A DNA stretch of 63,216 nucleotides from an uncultured Verrucomicrobia subdivision 3 bacterium (GCA_903936645.1 CAIZWI010000306.1:1-63216), one strand, 5' to 3'; positions 1-11,510 are shown, counted from the first letter of the stretch. Made by a program: numbers and translations. Notes: a model not told the origin generated them from the sequence alone.

Positions 1-103
1 CTTGAGCCAATTGCAGTTGCGTTTTTTGATGTTGACGATATTTCCATCTTTCCCTCGAATCGAGATCACTTTAATTCTAGGCTGTGCATTTGAGCAATAA
101 TAA

Positions 104-871
104 ATGAAGCTGTTTTTTAGACAATACGGTCAGGGCACCCCGCTGGTTATCCTGCATGGTCTATTCGGCGGCTCGGATAACTGGCACGGCATCGCCACGC
201 GGCTGGCGGACCAGTTTCATGTGGTCGTTCCGGATTTGCGCAATCACGGGCAGTCGCCGCATAGTGACGAGATAAATTATCCCGTCATGGCGGGCGATGT
301 GGCGGAATTGATGGCCGCCCAGGGTTGGTCCTCAGCGAACATCCTTGGGCACTCGATGGGCGGCAAGGTGGCCATGCAGTTGGCGGTGACCCGGCCGGAC
401 TTGGTGCAACAATTGATTGTGGCGGATATTTCGCCCCGCGGTTACACCCCGTTGCACAACGACATCATTGCCGCGCTGACCGCCCTGGATGTGGCCTCCT
501 TTACGTCCCGGATGGAAATTGAGGAGGTTCTGGCCGGTCCGATTCCCTCCCTGAACTTGCGGCGGTTTCTCCTGAAAAATTTGGGCCGGGCTGCCGATGG
601 CACGTTTGAATGGAAAATCAACCTGCCGGCCCTGGCCCGGCGCTATCCGCTGTTGCGGGCGGCGGTCACCGGAACGCACCGCTATGAAGGGCCGGTCATG
701 TTTATTCGGGGAGCCAAATCAGAATATATTCAGGCAGCCGGGGAGCCCGTGATCCAGGAATTATTTCCCCAGGCCAGGATCGTCACCATCGAGGGGGCCG
801 GGCACTGGGTGCAAGCGGAGGCCCCGGAGGAATTTACCCGGTTGGTCCGGGAATTTCTTGGGGGGCACTGA
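104..871 (+). CDS. alpha/beta-fold hydrolase (YbfF-like esterase)
   Basis: 255-aa ORF. It has the oxyanion region VILHGLFGG, the nucleophile elbow GHSMGG and the C-terminal catalytic His context GAGHWVQ. Confidence 0.85.
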   Translation: MKLFFRQYGQGTPLVILHGLFGGSDNWHGIATRLADQFHVVVPDLRNHGQSPHSDEINYPVMAGDVAELMAAQGWSSANILGHSMGGKVAMQLAVTRPDLVQQLIVADISPRGYTPLHNDIIAALTALDVASFTSRMEIEEVLAGPIPSLNLRRFLLKNLGRAADGTFEWKINLPALARRYPLLRAAVTGTHRYEGPVMFIRGAKSEYIQAAGEPVIQELFPQARIVTIEGAGHWVQAEAPEEFTRLVREFLGGH

Positions 872-886
872 ACGCGATTTTGGCGC

Positions 887-1417
887 TTAGTAGACTACAA
901 TCGAGCCCGTGGGCACGCCGGGAAATTTGGAGCGACCGTCCAAGAATTTTAATTCGATCAGGAAGCGGACTTCCAATATATGGGCGCCGAGCTGGTTCAT
1001 AAGCGCGATGGCGGCGGCGGCCGTTCCTCCGGTGGCCAGCAGATCGTCCACCAGGAGTACTCGCGCACCGGGTTTGATGGCGTCCACGTGCATGGCCACC
1101 GTGTTGGTGCCGTATTCGAGAGCGTAGCTCTGTTCGATGGTTTTAAATGGGAGTTTGCCCACCTTGCGCACGGGTACGAAGCCGGCCTTCAATTTGAGCG
1201 CGGCGGCGGCGGCGAAGATGAAGCCACGGGCATCAATGCCCACAATTGCATCCACCGACCCGGGGGCGTAATTCTCGGTTAAGAGGTCGATGGCCCCCGC
1301 GAACAGCCGCGCATCTGCCAGCACGGGGGTGATGTCCTTAAACTGAATGCCCGGCTTGGGAAAGTCGGGAACATTGCGAATGGCCTGTTCAATTTCCAAG
1401 GCGGTGACGATGGACAT
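887..1417 (-). CDS. apt: adenine phosphoribosyltransferase
   Basis: 176 aa. It has the PRPP-binding loop VLLVDDLLATGGTAAA and the GIDARGFIF motif, and the length is typical of Apt. Confidence 0.95.
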   Translation of the reverse strand: MSIVTALEIEQAIRNVPDFPKPGIQFKDITPVLADARLFAGAIDLLTENYAPGSVDAIVGIDARGFIFAAAAALKLKAGFVPVRKVGKLPFKTIEQSYALEYGTNTVAMHVDAIKPGARVLLVDDLLATGGTAAAAIALMNQLGAHILEVRFLIELKFLDGRSKFPGVPTGSIVVY

Positions 1418-1467
1418 AGGGTCTTTAAACGGGAAATAGTTGGATAGTTAATGGTTTAATAGGCAAC

Positions 1468-2535
1468 TCAATGCTCTTTTTTGTTGGCCTCGAGTTTCTC
1501 AATCATTTTGCGCAGCTTGCGCAGGGCGAGGTTTTGAATCTGGCGGACGCGTTCGCGGGTGACGCCAAATTTGGCGCCGACGTCCTCCAGGGTGCGTTCG
1601 GAGCCGCCGTCCAGGCCGAAGCGATAGCTTAGGATGGTGGCTTCGCGGGGGGCGAGATGCTTGACCATGTCCTGCAACATGTCGATGACGGTCTTGTCCT
1701 CCAAGTTGGTATAAGGCGAATGGGCGTTTTCGTCCTCGACCACGTCGGCAAAGAGATTGGAGTCGTCGTCGCCAATGGGAGCGTCCAGGGAGGTGGGGCG
1801 CTGGGAAGCCTGGCGCATCTGCGTGACCCGCGCCACGGTGATGCCCAGTTCGCCGGCGAGTTCTTCGTCGGTGGGTTCGCGGCCGAATTCCTCGGTGAGC
1901 TTCATGGAGAGCCGGCGCATCTTGGAAATTTTATCCACCAAGTGGACGGGCAGGCGAATGGTTTTGGATTGGTTCGCGAGGGCGCGTTTGATGGATTGCT
2001 TGATCCACCAGGAGCCGTAGGTGGACAGTTTTCCGCCCTTGGTGGGATCAAACCGTTCGACGGCTTTCATCAGGCCAATATTCCCTTCACTAATCAAATC
2101 GAGGAGCGGGAGGCCGATGCCTTCGTAATCGCGGGCGATTTTGACCACGAGGCGGAGATTGGCCTTGATCATGAGTTCGCGGGCCTTTTTATCGCCCTTC
2201 TTGATCCGGGCGGCGAGTTCGATTTCCTCCTCGGGGGTCAATAATTTAACCTGGCCGATTTCGCGCAGGTACAGCTTGATGGCGGTATCGCCATCATAGC
2301 GGCTGGATTCGCGGCGGATGAAGGTGGTGGTATCGCCTTCGACCGGCTTTTCGGGCAAGGGCGCTTCGGGGTCGGACGGAAAGCCGACAATGGGAACGGG
2401 CTTCGCAAAATCAGCTGGGGCAGAGGGAACAGCCGGCAGCGCGGGGGCAGCATCCGCTTCAAATTCCACGGTTGGGGAAAGTTTGACTGACCGCCGTTTG
2501 CTGATCTGGGTATCGCTTTGTTTTTTCGCCGCCAT
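1468..2535 (-). CDS. RNA polymerase sigma-70 factor, RpoD/SigA family
   Basis: Region 1.2 (AIKLYLREIGQVKLLTPEEE), region 2 (NLRLVVKIARDY, GNIGLMKAVERFD, STYGSWWIKQSI), region 3 and region 4.2 (TLEDVGAKFGVTRERVRQIQ) are present. The ATG at 2535 is preferred over the upstream TTG at 2547. Confidence 0.9.
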   Translation of the reverse strand: MAAKKQSDTQISKRRSVKLSPTVEFEADAAPALPAVPSAPADFAKPVPIVGFPSDPEAPLPEKPVEGDTTTFIRRESSRYDGDTAIKLYLREIGQVKLLTPEEEIELAARIKKGDKKARELMIKANLRLVVKIARDYEGIGLPLLDLISEGNIGLMKAVERFDPTKGGKLSTYGSWWIKQSIKRALANQSKTIRLPVHLVDKISKMRRLSMKLTEEFGREPTDEELAGELGITVARVTQMRQASQRPTSLDAPIGDDDSNLFADVVEDENAHSPYTNLEDKTVIDMLQDMVKHLAPREATILSYRFGLDGGSERTLEDVGAKFGVTRERVRQIQNLALRKLRKMIEKLEANKKEH

Positions 2536-2943
2536 AGCTGGGAACAAGCATTAAGGCAGCGGCTCGTCGCGGCAAGCAAATTTGTACAATTCCAGGTAAA
2601 TTGGCAGCCGAAAATTTAGAGAAAATTATTCGATTTTGGAGAGAAATGTTAGTTCGGCGGCAGGGCAGAGAGTGGTCGCCCGGATGTTTAGCGCTGAATC
2701 GTGAAACAAAATGGGCAGGTGACAACCCCGCGCCGGATCGCTGAAACTGAAGTGTTGATCGCAAACAAAGGGCGGGGCGATGAAAGAGTCATCGGCACGG
2801 CCGGGCCGTGGATAATGTAGGTGGGTGGGCTAGTTGAGGAGGAGCACGGCGCACTTATTCACTGGGGTGGAAAGCATCTGTTCTATCACGCTCAGTTTTC
2901 ATGCAATCACCGATAAGAGTGGGAACGGGAAATACCGGTTTAA

Positions 2944-4266
2944 TCAGACAGGCACCTCATATTGTTGGGCGGCGGGGGGGCCGGCGCTGACGTCGCCAGG
3001 CAGGGCCAGCCGGTTCATTTTGAGGCCCACAAAGCAAACGTCATCGGCAAACTGGTGGTTCTCGGCAAAGGCCAGCGCGCAGGAGCAAATCTCATCCATC
3101 ATTTGAGGCAGTGGATTTCCCTGGCGTTGGAGGAGTTCCCGGAGCAGATGGGTTTCGCCGAATTCCTCGCCCTGTTCGTTGAATAATTCGACCAGTCCAT
3201 CGGTGAAAAAGAACAGTGAATCTTGCGCGGCCAGCCGGCCTTCGGCGGTGCCATAACGCGAGCCCTCAAACAAACCCAGGGCAGGCCCACGCACCCCGGA
3301 GGGGCAGACCAGAGACTGGGCGATGCCCTCGGCGGAGCGGATCCAAATGGGTTCGGGATGGCCCGCTTTGGCGTAGCGAATTTGGCCGGTTTGGATGTCC
3401 AAGATCAGGAAAAAGCCCGTGGCATAGATAAGCTCGCCGGTCTGCTTGAGAATGGCCTTGAGTTCGGTGTTTACCCGGGTGAGCAGTTCCCCGGGATTAT
3501 CTCCCCAGTGGCCGAGTTCCTGCACCAGGGTGCGCAACATGGCGGTGACAAAGGCGGACCGCATGCCGTGCCCCATGACATCGCAAATAAATATTCCCAC
3601 GCGATGGGGGGCCAGGGGAAACACATGGAAAAAATCCCCGCTGACGGTGCCGGAGGCTTGGTAGCGATGGTAAAATTGCAAGCAGCCAGCTTCGGGGGTG
3701 GCGTCAGGCGGGAATTGGGGATATTGCTGGGGCAGCAGCGCCTGTTGAATTTCACTGGCAAGGCGCAGGTCATTTTCCATTTCCTGGTTTTTGTGATTAA
3801 TCTCGGCCTGCTTGACCTCCAGTTCCTGAATATTTTGTTTTAAGAGGGCATGCTGCAAGCGCATCAGAGTACGCGCAAAAATGAGGCCCAGGAAACCACC
3901 GGCCGTATCCAACAGGATGACGTCATCAAAAAAGAAGTTATCCGAGCGGGTGAAAACCTTGCCCAGCACCTCGGCGAGCGGATCGTCCACTTGGATTTGG
4001 GTGGCGGCGGGCAGCATCATCTCGCGGACAGGCCGGCGGGAATACATGGCAAACCCAAAACGCGCGCCCAGAGTCATGCCGATTTGACGGCGGGCGCAGA
4101 GGCCAACGAGCCGGGGGCCGTCCAGCACCGCCATGTATTCCTGCTGATGCTGGGCGAAACGCCGGTGAACATCCTCCAGGGCATCGCCCGCTTGAACACA
4201 TTCGCGGTGCCCAATCATCGCTCGAAAATCGGTCACCCTCCCGGCATTGCCATCCGCTGGATTCAC
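2944..4266 (-). CDS. SpoIIE/PP2C-family serine phosphatase with N-terminal CBS-pair-like sensor and coiled coil
   Basis: 440 aa. The C-terminal half has PP2C/SpoIIE motifs (GTVSGDFFHVF, ICDVMGHGMRSAFVTAML, FFTDGLVE). The N-terminus resembles a CBS pair, followed by a heptad-like linker (QNIQELEVKQAEINHKNQEMEN). Confidence 0.8.
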   Translation of the reverse strand: MNPADGNAGRVTDFRAMIGHRECVQAGDALEDVHRRFAQHQQEYMAVLDGPRLVGLCARRQIGMTLGARFGFAMYSRRPVREMMLPAATQIQVDDPLAEVLGKVFTRSDNFFFDDVILLDTAGGFLGLIFARTLMRLQHALLKQNIQELEVKQAEINHKNQEMENDLRLASEIQQALLPQQYPQFPPDATPEAGCLQFYHRYQASGTVSGDFFHVFPLAPHRVGIFICDVMGHGMRSAFVTAMLRTLVQELGHWGDNPGELLTRVNTELKAILKQTGELIYATGFFLILDIQTGQIRYAKAGHPEPIWIRSAEGIAQSLVCPSGVRGPALGLFEGSRYGTAEGRLAAQDSLFFFTDGLVELFNEQGEEFGETHLLRELLQRQGNPLPQMMDEICSCALAFAENHQFADDVCFVGLKMNRLALPGDVSAGPPAAQQYEVPV

Positions 4267-4429
4267 CCTTTCACTTTATACAATTGGGAATGAAAATTCA
4301 AATGTGCGCGGGGTTGTCACGGAATTGTAACGCGACCTGGGGCAAGGCCGGAAAAAGCCTCAGTGGGCGGCGGGGATGGGACGGCCAAAAAAGGCGCGGG
4401 CTTTGACAATCCGGGCCCGGAATTCTTCG

Positions 4430-4457
4430 TTGACGCACCCTGATTCCTGAGTACTAT
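4430..4457 (+). promoter_or_regulatory. candidate sigma-70 promoter for gap (TTGACG-N16-TACTAT)
   Basis: TTGACG at 4430-4435 and TACTAT at 4452-4457, about 50 nt upstream of the gap ATG in a divergent intergenic region. Confidence 0.4.
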
Positions 4458-4473
4458 AAGCGCATTGACTTAA

Positions 4474-5571
<1,098 letters not shown>

Positions 5572-5589
5572 TCCCAGGCAGTTTTTGCG

Positions 5590-5620
5590 AAGGCGATCCG
5601 GCAACGGATCGCCTTTTTTG
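5590..5620 (+). terminator. rho-independent terminator after gap
   Basis: Perfect 11-bp stem AAGGCGATCCG / CGGATCGCCTT with loop GCAA, followed by TTTTTG. Confidence 0.8.
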
Positions 5621-6175
5621 TTATTCCCGGGTCTGCGGGGCCGGGGAAATCAGGTGCTGTTTCTCCAGCTTGCGCAGTTTGGGCGTGATCATTACCTGGC
5701 AATAGGGGGCATGGGCATTGGCCTCGTAATATTCCTGGTGGTATTCCTCCGCCGGGTAAAAGGTCGTTGCCGGGATGATCTCGGTGACGATGGGTTGGGG
5801 GAAACTGGCGGCGGCCCTGGCTTTGGATTGTTCGGCCAGTAATTGTTGCTCCGGGGTATGAACCAGAATGATGGAGCGATACTGCGTGCCGGCGTCCGCT
5901 CCCTGGCGGTTCAGGGTGGTCGGGTCATGGGCCTGCCAGAAGACTTCCAGCAATTGGGCATAGGATACTTGGGACGGATCAAAGGTCACCCGGGCGACCT
6001 CGGCGTGGCCAGTGGTGCCCGAGCAAATCTCGTGGTAAGTGGGATTTTGCGTATGCCCGGCCGTGTAACCGCTGACCACCGAGCGCACTCCGGGCAGCCG
6101 CCGAAAGACGGCCTCAATGCACCAAAAACAGCCGCCGCCAAAATCAGCGGTTTCGATGGATAGAGGAGTATTCAT
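5621..6175 (-). CDS. msrA: peptide-methionine (S)-S-oxide reductase
   Basis: 184 aa. It has the catalytic motif GGGCFWCIEAVF and typical MsrA downstream blocks (GHAEVARVTFDP, YHQEYY). Confidence 0.95.
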   Translation of the reverse strand: MNTPLSIETADFGGGCFWCIEAVFRRLPGVRSVVSGYTAGHTQNPTYHEICSGTTGHAEVARVTFDPSQVSYAQLLEVFWQAHDPTTLNRQGADAGTQYRSIILVHTPEQQLLAEQSKARAAASFPQPIVTEIIPATTFYPAEEYHQEYYEANAHAPYCQVMITPKLRKLEKQHLISPAPQTRE

Positions 6176-6187
6176 GGGGTGTAATAT

Positions 6188-6439
6188 TTAATCGGTCTCC
6201 GGCACATCCAGTTGCTGGCCCGGGGGCAAGCCGGCATATTTTTCCAAGTGCTCGGGCCGCAGCGGTTCGGAAATTTTTTGTTCTTCGTTAAACCATTTGC
6301 CGAGGTCGATGAACCGGCAGCGCCGGGAGCAAAAAGGACCATAATCACCGGCGAACCAGTCACCGGTGGTTTTGCACACGGGGCACTTGATCGCCGTGGG
6401 GACTTTATTTGGTTTCGCGGGCAAATTGTTTGAGGTCAT
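6188..6439 (-). CDS. yacG: YacG-like zinc-finger protein (DNA gyrase inhibitor family)
   Basis: It has CPVCK...FCSRRCRFIDLGKWFNEE, the YacG zinc ribbon plus its conserved tail. The ATG at 6439 is chosen. The track ORF extends to 6475 and overlaps the upstream gene. Confidence 0.75.
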   Translation of the reverse strand: MTSNNLPAKPNKVPTAIKCPVCKTTGDWFAGDYGPFCSRRCRFIDLGKWFNEEQKISEPLRPEHLEKYAGLPPGQQLDVPETD

Positions 6440-6971
6440 CGAGCACGGCTTGCGAATCGGCAAAAGGCACGCCATTGTTGGCCAGGATTTGTTCGAGGCT
6501 GTCGGAGATCATGGCGAATTGAGCCGGGGTGAGGTGCGACCCGTTGGCGGCAGCGTGCAGGTATTGGGCGAATTTTTGAAAATGGCTCTTTAAGGCGGGC
6601 TTGCCATGGACCGCAGTGGCGAGATCCCCGATGAGCTTGGCCACGGTTTCGGTGGAGGCCTTGGTGCCACCCGCGGCGGCTACGAGGTCATTGGTCAGGG
6701 CCGCCGGAGGGGTGGAGTTGGTGCTCAGATAATTTAAATCCGCGCGCAGACTGGCAATGTTTTGCAAGGTGGCGGCCAGGGCAGGGTCCATGGGTTGCGC
6801 GGGCTGGGGGCGGGCCATGCCCCCCGGGGACGGGGCGTCCGGGTCCGCGTTGGCGGCGGCTTCGGTTTTGTTTACGGCCTTATGGGCCAGATTAATTGCC
6901 GCATTGTAATTTTGCGCCGACGCGGCCAAGGCCAGGCTCAACACCCCGCTCAAAACAACCCAGGTTTTCAT
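6405..6971 (-). CDS. secreted hypothetical protein (Ala/helix-rich)
   Basis: 188 aa with a clear signal peptide, MKTWVVLSGVLSLALAASAQ. I recognise no family. Confidence 0.6.
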   Translation of the reverse strand: MKTWVVLSGVLSLALAASAQNYNAAINLAHKAVNKTEAAANADPDAPSPGGMARPQPAQPMDPALAATLQNIASLRADLNYLSTNSTPPAALTNDLVAAAGGTKASTETVAKLIGDLATAVHGKPALKSHFQKFAQYLHAAANGSHLTPAQFAMISDSLEQILANNGVPFADSQAVLDDLKQFARETK

Positions 6972-6979
6972 AACGCCAA

Positions 6980-9433
6980 TTAATTTTTACTCACGGAGGT
7001 TCCTTGGGACAGCAGGGAAATGTAATCCTGCAAAATCTTGCCGGTTTCCAACAACAGCGGATCCAAATCGGGCAGGTTTTTGACTTTGATGGTCTGGGTG
7101 GTCAGGCTGCCGTGGTTGGTGCTGTCCGGGGGAATCGCATTGGTAATCAAGGCGGAGTAAAAGGTGTTGGTCGGATTGATCTTGACCAAATTGTTGGTGC
7201 CAAAGAAGGCCAGGAAAGATGGCGCGAAGTCATAGCGAACAATCGCCTGCCGGGAGTTGTTGGTGGTGCTGACTTCATTGGTTTCGGTTATGCCAGGGAA
7301 ATAAACCGGGGCGGGCAGGCCGGGTTTATCGGCATCCGCCAGACTGATGGCGTAAACTTGCATCGCGGCAGGGGGGCGGTGGTTGCGCTCGTCATCGCGT
7401 ACTTTTTGCCGGGCTTCGTTGGTCTGGCGTTCCTTGATGGCCTCGTGCTCATTCAACGTGATGCTTTTATCCGCCTGCATTTTTTTGAACTGGTCAATGT
7501 CCTGCTGGAGGTAGATGAAATCCTGGTTGGTGGCAATGCGGGCGGCGGAGAGTCTGCCCAATTCAGGGACGTAGGCCTGGACCATGTTGAACTTGGTATA
7601 ATTGGCGCTGGCGATGGTGTCCCAAGGCAGCGGATGTTCCAGGGTGGCTTCACTTTCGATGTCAGTCCGGTGATCAAGGGGGTCGGGCAAAATGATGTCG
7701 GACATCACGCCTTTGAACTGGGTGGAGGCGCCGTTCACCCGGTAGAATTTGCGGATGGTGACTTTGACTTCGCCGGGGTCATTGGTGGCGGTCGGGGTGG
7801 CGGGCCAGACAAACGGACGCAGTTGGTTCAGGCTCTGCACGGTGCCCTTGCCAAAGCTGGAGGAGTCGCCGACAATCAGCGCCCGGTCATAGTCTTGCAG
7901 GGCGGCGGCGGCAATTTCCGAGGCCGAGGCGCTGTAACGATTGATCATGACCACGAGCGGGCCACTGTAGAGAATATTGGTGTCGGTGTCGGAATCCACG
8001 TTGATGGGGCCTTCCGGGGCACGGGCCTGAACCACGGGTCCGTCCTTGATGAACAGGCCGGTCAATTTCACGGCTTCCTCCAGCGAACCGCCGGGGTTGT
8101 TGCGCAAATCCAGGATAATGCCATCGACTTTTTCCGCTTTGAGCTTGTTGACTAATTTGGCCACATCCACGGAGGTGTACTTGGGCAGGGAGCGGCCGTA
8201 ACTGTCCCCAACCGGTGCATAGAATGACGGCAAATCGATCACGCCGAGGCGGTTGGTGCCGCCTTTGCCATCGGGAGTGATCAGGAGTTTGGCCTTGGCG
8301 GCCTGGTCCTCCAGCTTGATCTCATCCCGCACGAGGGAGACGATGCGCCGCGCTGCCCGGTCTTCAAACGGGCTGATGGTCAGGCGGACCTCGGTGGCTT
8401 TGGGGCCACGGATTAGCTGGACCACCTTGCCAAGCTCCATGTCCACCACATTCACCGGTGGGCCGTCGGCCTGGGCCACGGCCAAAATCCGGTCTTTTTC
8501 CTTAATTTTTTTGCTTTTATCGGCCGGGCCGCCCACCACCAGCTTGCTGATGGAGCAATAGCCATCGTCCTCCATGAGCTGTGCGCCAATCCCGAAGAGC
8601 GACAGGTTCATGGTGATGGAAAACTCCTGGGCGTGCTCCGGGTTGAAATAATCGGAGTGGGGATCATAGGCATGGGTGAGGCCATTCAAATAGGCCTGCA
8701 AAATATCCGTGCTGTCCCAGTTCGTGAAAATGTGCAGGTTCGCCTGGTAGTGCTTGATCATGTTGGTCGAAATTTCCAAGTAATCCTTCTTGGTCAGTTC
8801 GGTGATGACGGCACTGTTGGTCGGCGAAATTTCCCGGCTTAATTTGTCCTGCAAGTACTCGAATTTGAGGCGTTGATCCCACAATTGCTCGGCCTCGGCA
8901 AGGTCTTTGGGATAGGGCGCATGGCGGCGGTCGATGGCAATGCGGTCGTGGGTGTTAAATTTGAAGTGGCCGGCCTGCACTTTGTCGAGGACGTAGGCAT
9001 CATGTTCCTGGAGGCGTTCGAGAAAGCGCTTGTAGATGACAAAAGCGGGGGTCAAATCCGCCGCGCCCTGGCCGCCCGTCGTAAATTTGTCCAAGTTGGT
9101 GCGGTACACGGACAGTTCAGCGAGATCGGATTGCAGGAAATCCTCGTGGCGGGGATCCAGGGAATCCAGGTAGCCGTCAAAAAACTTCTGGGAGATGTCG
9201 GCGTCGAGGGGGCGCTGGGTGTAGTGGAATTGTTCCAGCAAACGGGCGGTTACGTAGGCGATGCGCGGGTCATTGGGGCCCGGGGAGAGGTTGCGGGTGG
9301 ACGTGCCCACCGGTACCGTAATGCTGACGGGCGGGCCGGCTTTTTGGCCGGTGGCACAGCTCACGATGACGAAAAAGCCCAGCAACACCACCGGGGTGGC
9401 CAGAAAAAAGGTCTTGGTTTTCAGGTAACGCAT
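6980..9433 (-). CDS. prc: carboxy-terminal processing (tail-specific) protease, S41 family
   Basis: About 817 aa. It has a PDZ region, S41 catalytic blocks (LRNNPGGSLEEAV, NRYSASASEIAAAALQDY, FGKGTVQ) and the long N- and C-terminal Prc extensions. The ATG at 9433 is preferred, with an alternative GTG at 9445. Confidence 0.9.
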   Translation of the reverse strand: MRYLKTKTFFLATPVVLLGFFVIVSCATGQKAGPPVSITVPVGTSTRNLSPGPNDPRIAYVTARLLEQFHYTQRPLDADISQKFFDGYLDSLDPRHEDFLQSDLAELSVYRTNLDKFTTGGQGAADLTPAFVIYKRFLERLQEHDAYVLDKVQAGHFKFNTHDRIAIDRRHAPYPKDLAEAEQLWDQRLKFEYLQDKLSREISPTNSAVITELTKKDYLEISTNMIKHYQANLHIFTNWDSTDILQAYLNGLTHAYDPHSDYFNPEHAQEFSITMNLSLFGIGAQLMEDDGYCSISKLVVGGPADKSKKIKEKDRILAVAQADGPPVNVVDMELGKVVQLIRGPKATEVRLTISPFEDRAARRIVSLVRDEIKLEDQAAKAKLLITPDGKGGTNRLGVIDLPSFYAPVGDSYGRSLPKYTSVDVAKLVNKLKAEKVDGIILDLRNNPGGSLEEAVKLTGLFIKDGPVVQARAPEGPINVDSDTDTNILYSGPLVVMINRYSASASEIAAAALQDYDRALIVGDSSSFGKGTVQSLNQLRPFVWPATPTATNDPGEVKVTIRKFYRVNGASTQFKGVMSDIILPDPLDHRTDIESEATLEHPLPWDTIASANYTKFNMVQAYVPELGRLSAARIATNQDFIYLQQDIDQFKKMQADKSITLNEHEAIKERQTNEARQKVRDDERNHRPPAAMQVYAISLADADKPGLPAPVYFPGITETNEVSTTNNSRQAIVRYDFAPSFLAFFGTNNLVKINPTNTFYSALITNAIPPDSTNHGSLTTQTIKVKNLPDLDPLLLETGKILQDYISLLSQGTSVSKN

Positions 9434-9806
9434 GATAATTGGCACAACTTCGACCCAATATAGACCGATTTGTTCAGTAATGGAAACAATTTACGGTTTT
9501 CGGACAGAAAAGCGGTGGCAATTAGCCAGCAAAGGCACGATGAGGTGCGATTGGCCTGGATTTACCGGGGAATCAACCCCTCCGACAGGCCGGACGGAAC
9601 CGGACGTGCGGTGGGGCAGGTCCAGCCGGGCGGGGACCGGCACGAGGGGTAGGCATGCCCGGGGGGCCACCCGACACGTCAGGCGAATTTTTATACTTTG
9701 ACTTGCTTTGATTCGCTTTGATTCTGGGGAGTATCCCACGGTTAACGCCGGCTGCTGGACAGTGGGCTGGCACTTTGGCGGTTTAGCGGGAGGCCTTCAA
9801 AGGCAC

Positions 9807-9835
9807 GATTGGGTGCGATTGGGTGCGATTGGGTC
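9807..9835. repeat. tandem 10-mer GATTGGGTGC x2.9 inside a 750-bp non-coding gap
   Basis: Read directly: gattgggtgc gattgggtgc gattgggtc. The flanking 25-mer CAAAGGCACGATTGGGTGCGATTGG (9798-9822) recurs with two mismatches at 9530-9554. Confidence 0.7.
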
Positions 9836-10192
9836 GGATGTTCGTGCGGTGTGGGCGCTCCGTCATCCGTTGCGCGGGGCAGAAGGGCTTGGATACCATC
9901 GCTTTTAGGGGGAATGTCAAAGAGCGAGCCTGCGGAGGTGAAAGAGCAACCCAAGCGGTTGGCGAATCCACGCTCAGATATCTGCGGTGGCGCTGCGCCG
10001 TAATAACAACCACACGCACACTACTCAGATGATGTTAATTGGGTTGGGGCAGGATGTCAAGAGGGCGGTTGCGATGCGGGAGCAAGAGCGTAAGGCGGGC
10101 CGGATGGTTTGGAGATATTAACGGGCGGGGCCAGCAACGGGTTAACATGCGGTTCCGGTGGTTTCAAGCCCGTGGGGATTTGGGGGACGGGG

Positions 10193-10909
10193 TTATGGGG
10201 GTAATAAATCCCGATGGGGTTGATGGTCGCGGTTCCAGCGCACCAAGGCGGGGTCAGTGGTATCGACAAACAAAAACTGGAGGGAGGGTGATTCGGCATG
10301 GCCGTCACAAAAGACGACATTGGAACGGCCTTGGTGGCGCTGGTAGACGGCCAATATTTGGGGGAAGCTGGGTTCGCGGACAAGCCCAAGCCGCTGCGTG
10401 AAAATATCCCCGAGGGCGATCATGTCGGCGGGAAAGGTCACGGCGGAATCGCGGAGGGGAGTGCGGGTGCTTGGCCGACCGCCGAGACCGAAATTTTGGT
10501 CGGAAGACTCATCGGAAACCAATCCGCCAAAATTGTAACCGTAACAAATCGGCAACGAATTCGTATTGGGTTTAATCCACCCGGCGGAGGGGCAATGCCA
10601 CACTCCCGCGCGGATATAATCGGTCATGGGCTGGGTAATGCCCAGCCCTTCCATGGCCAGTTGGCCGATCCAGGTGCCGTCGCCATTGGTGCCGCCGATT
10701 TCCAAAGGGTAGCTATGGTCACTGGCGAGAATTACCTGCAAGCCGGTGCCCAGTTGCCGTAAATTCCCCAGACACTGGAGGCGCTGGGCCCGCCGTTTTG
10801 CATGAGCCAGTGCGGGCAACAAAAGGGCGGCGAGCAGGCCGATGATGGTAATCACGACCAGCAACTCAAGCAGGGTTAAACCGGCTTGGGAGGATGGCTG
10901 GCGGGCCAT
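10193..10909 (-). CDS. prepilin-type N-terminal cleavage/methylation protein, DUF1559 (H-X9-DG) family
   Basis: It has the leader [10 protein letters not shown] followed by [24 protein letters not shown], then [12 protein letters not shown] and the C-terminal H-X9-DG motif ([13 protein letters not shown]). The internal ATG at 10909 is used rather than the 11056 extension. Confidence 0.85.
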   Translation of the reverse strand: MARQPSSQAGLTLLELLVVITIIGLLAALLLPALAHAKRRAQRLQCLGNLRQLGTGLQVILASDHSYPLEIGGTNGDGTWIGQLAMEGLGITQPMTDYIRAGVWHCPSAGWIKPNTNSLPICYGYNFGGLVSDESSDQNFGLGGRPSTRTPLRDSAVTFPADMIALGDIFTQRLGLVREPSFPQILAVYQRHQGRSNVVFCDGHAESPSLQFLFVDTTDPALVRWNRDHQPHRDLLPP

Positions 10910-11052
10910 GGTTGGCTTGGGGGCAGAAGTGGCCGGGCGTAACATTGGGCGACGGTGGGAGGGTGACCGCGCGGGCGGGGAGGCGTGAACGAGGCAAGAC
11001 CGCCAGGTGGTGCTGATGACTGGCTGCCCCAAGGATGATTTCAAGTCCGGGC

Positions 11053-11400
11053 TCATCGGGTGGCATTAAAATCGATAATATGCGACGCGAAAATATGCAA
11101 TAAGCCATTTACTGCCTGAAACGCCAGGATAACCACGGCCAAAACGCCCAGCCAAAAGGTGAGAAATTTTATGAGGTCAGAAACGGTGTCCTGACGCTGC
11201 AAATACAGGGCGCATACCACCCAAATCAGCGGCAGGGCAAAGGCGAACCCGCCATGCTCGTACCACCAGACTTGGGAAGGGGGGGCAGGCTGTTGGGAAA
11301 GGGGACTCCATTTATGGTAAATACCGCCCACCAGAATGCTGGCGATTACCACGCCAACTTGCATGAGGGCGACCCGGACGATGTTTTGAATGGTCCACAT
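11053..11400 (-). CDS. hypothetical integral membrane protein
   Basis: 115 aa with 3-4 hydrophobic helices. No family recognised. Confidence 0.5.
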   Translation of the reverse strand: MWTIQNIVRVALMQVGVVIASILVGGIYHKWSPLSQQPAPPSQVWWYEHGGFAFALPLIWVVCALYLQRQDTVSDLIKFLTFWLGVLAVVILAFQAVNGLLHIFASHIIDFNATR

Positions 11401-11510
11401 GTTTATGAACCCCGCCTAATCTCGAAGGTTGCGACGCGCGGTGTGAACAGCGCCAGAGAAACTGAACGGGCCAAAGGCGATTTTTCCGTCAACTTGTTTA
11501 AATGACTGGT

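Noticed and set aside
9807-9835. Possible CRISPR array or tRNA/tmRNA in the 9.4-10.2 kb gap
   Set aside because: The repeat is a contiguous 10-nt tandem with no spacers. No 28-37-nt repeats are present, no cas genes are nearby, and I could not find T-loop (GGTTCGAATCC), acceptor-CCA or tag-peptide features.
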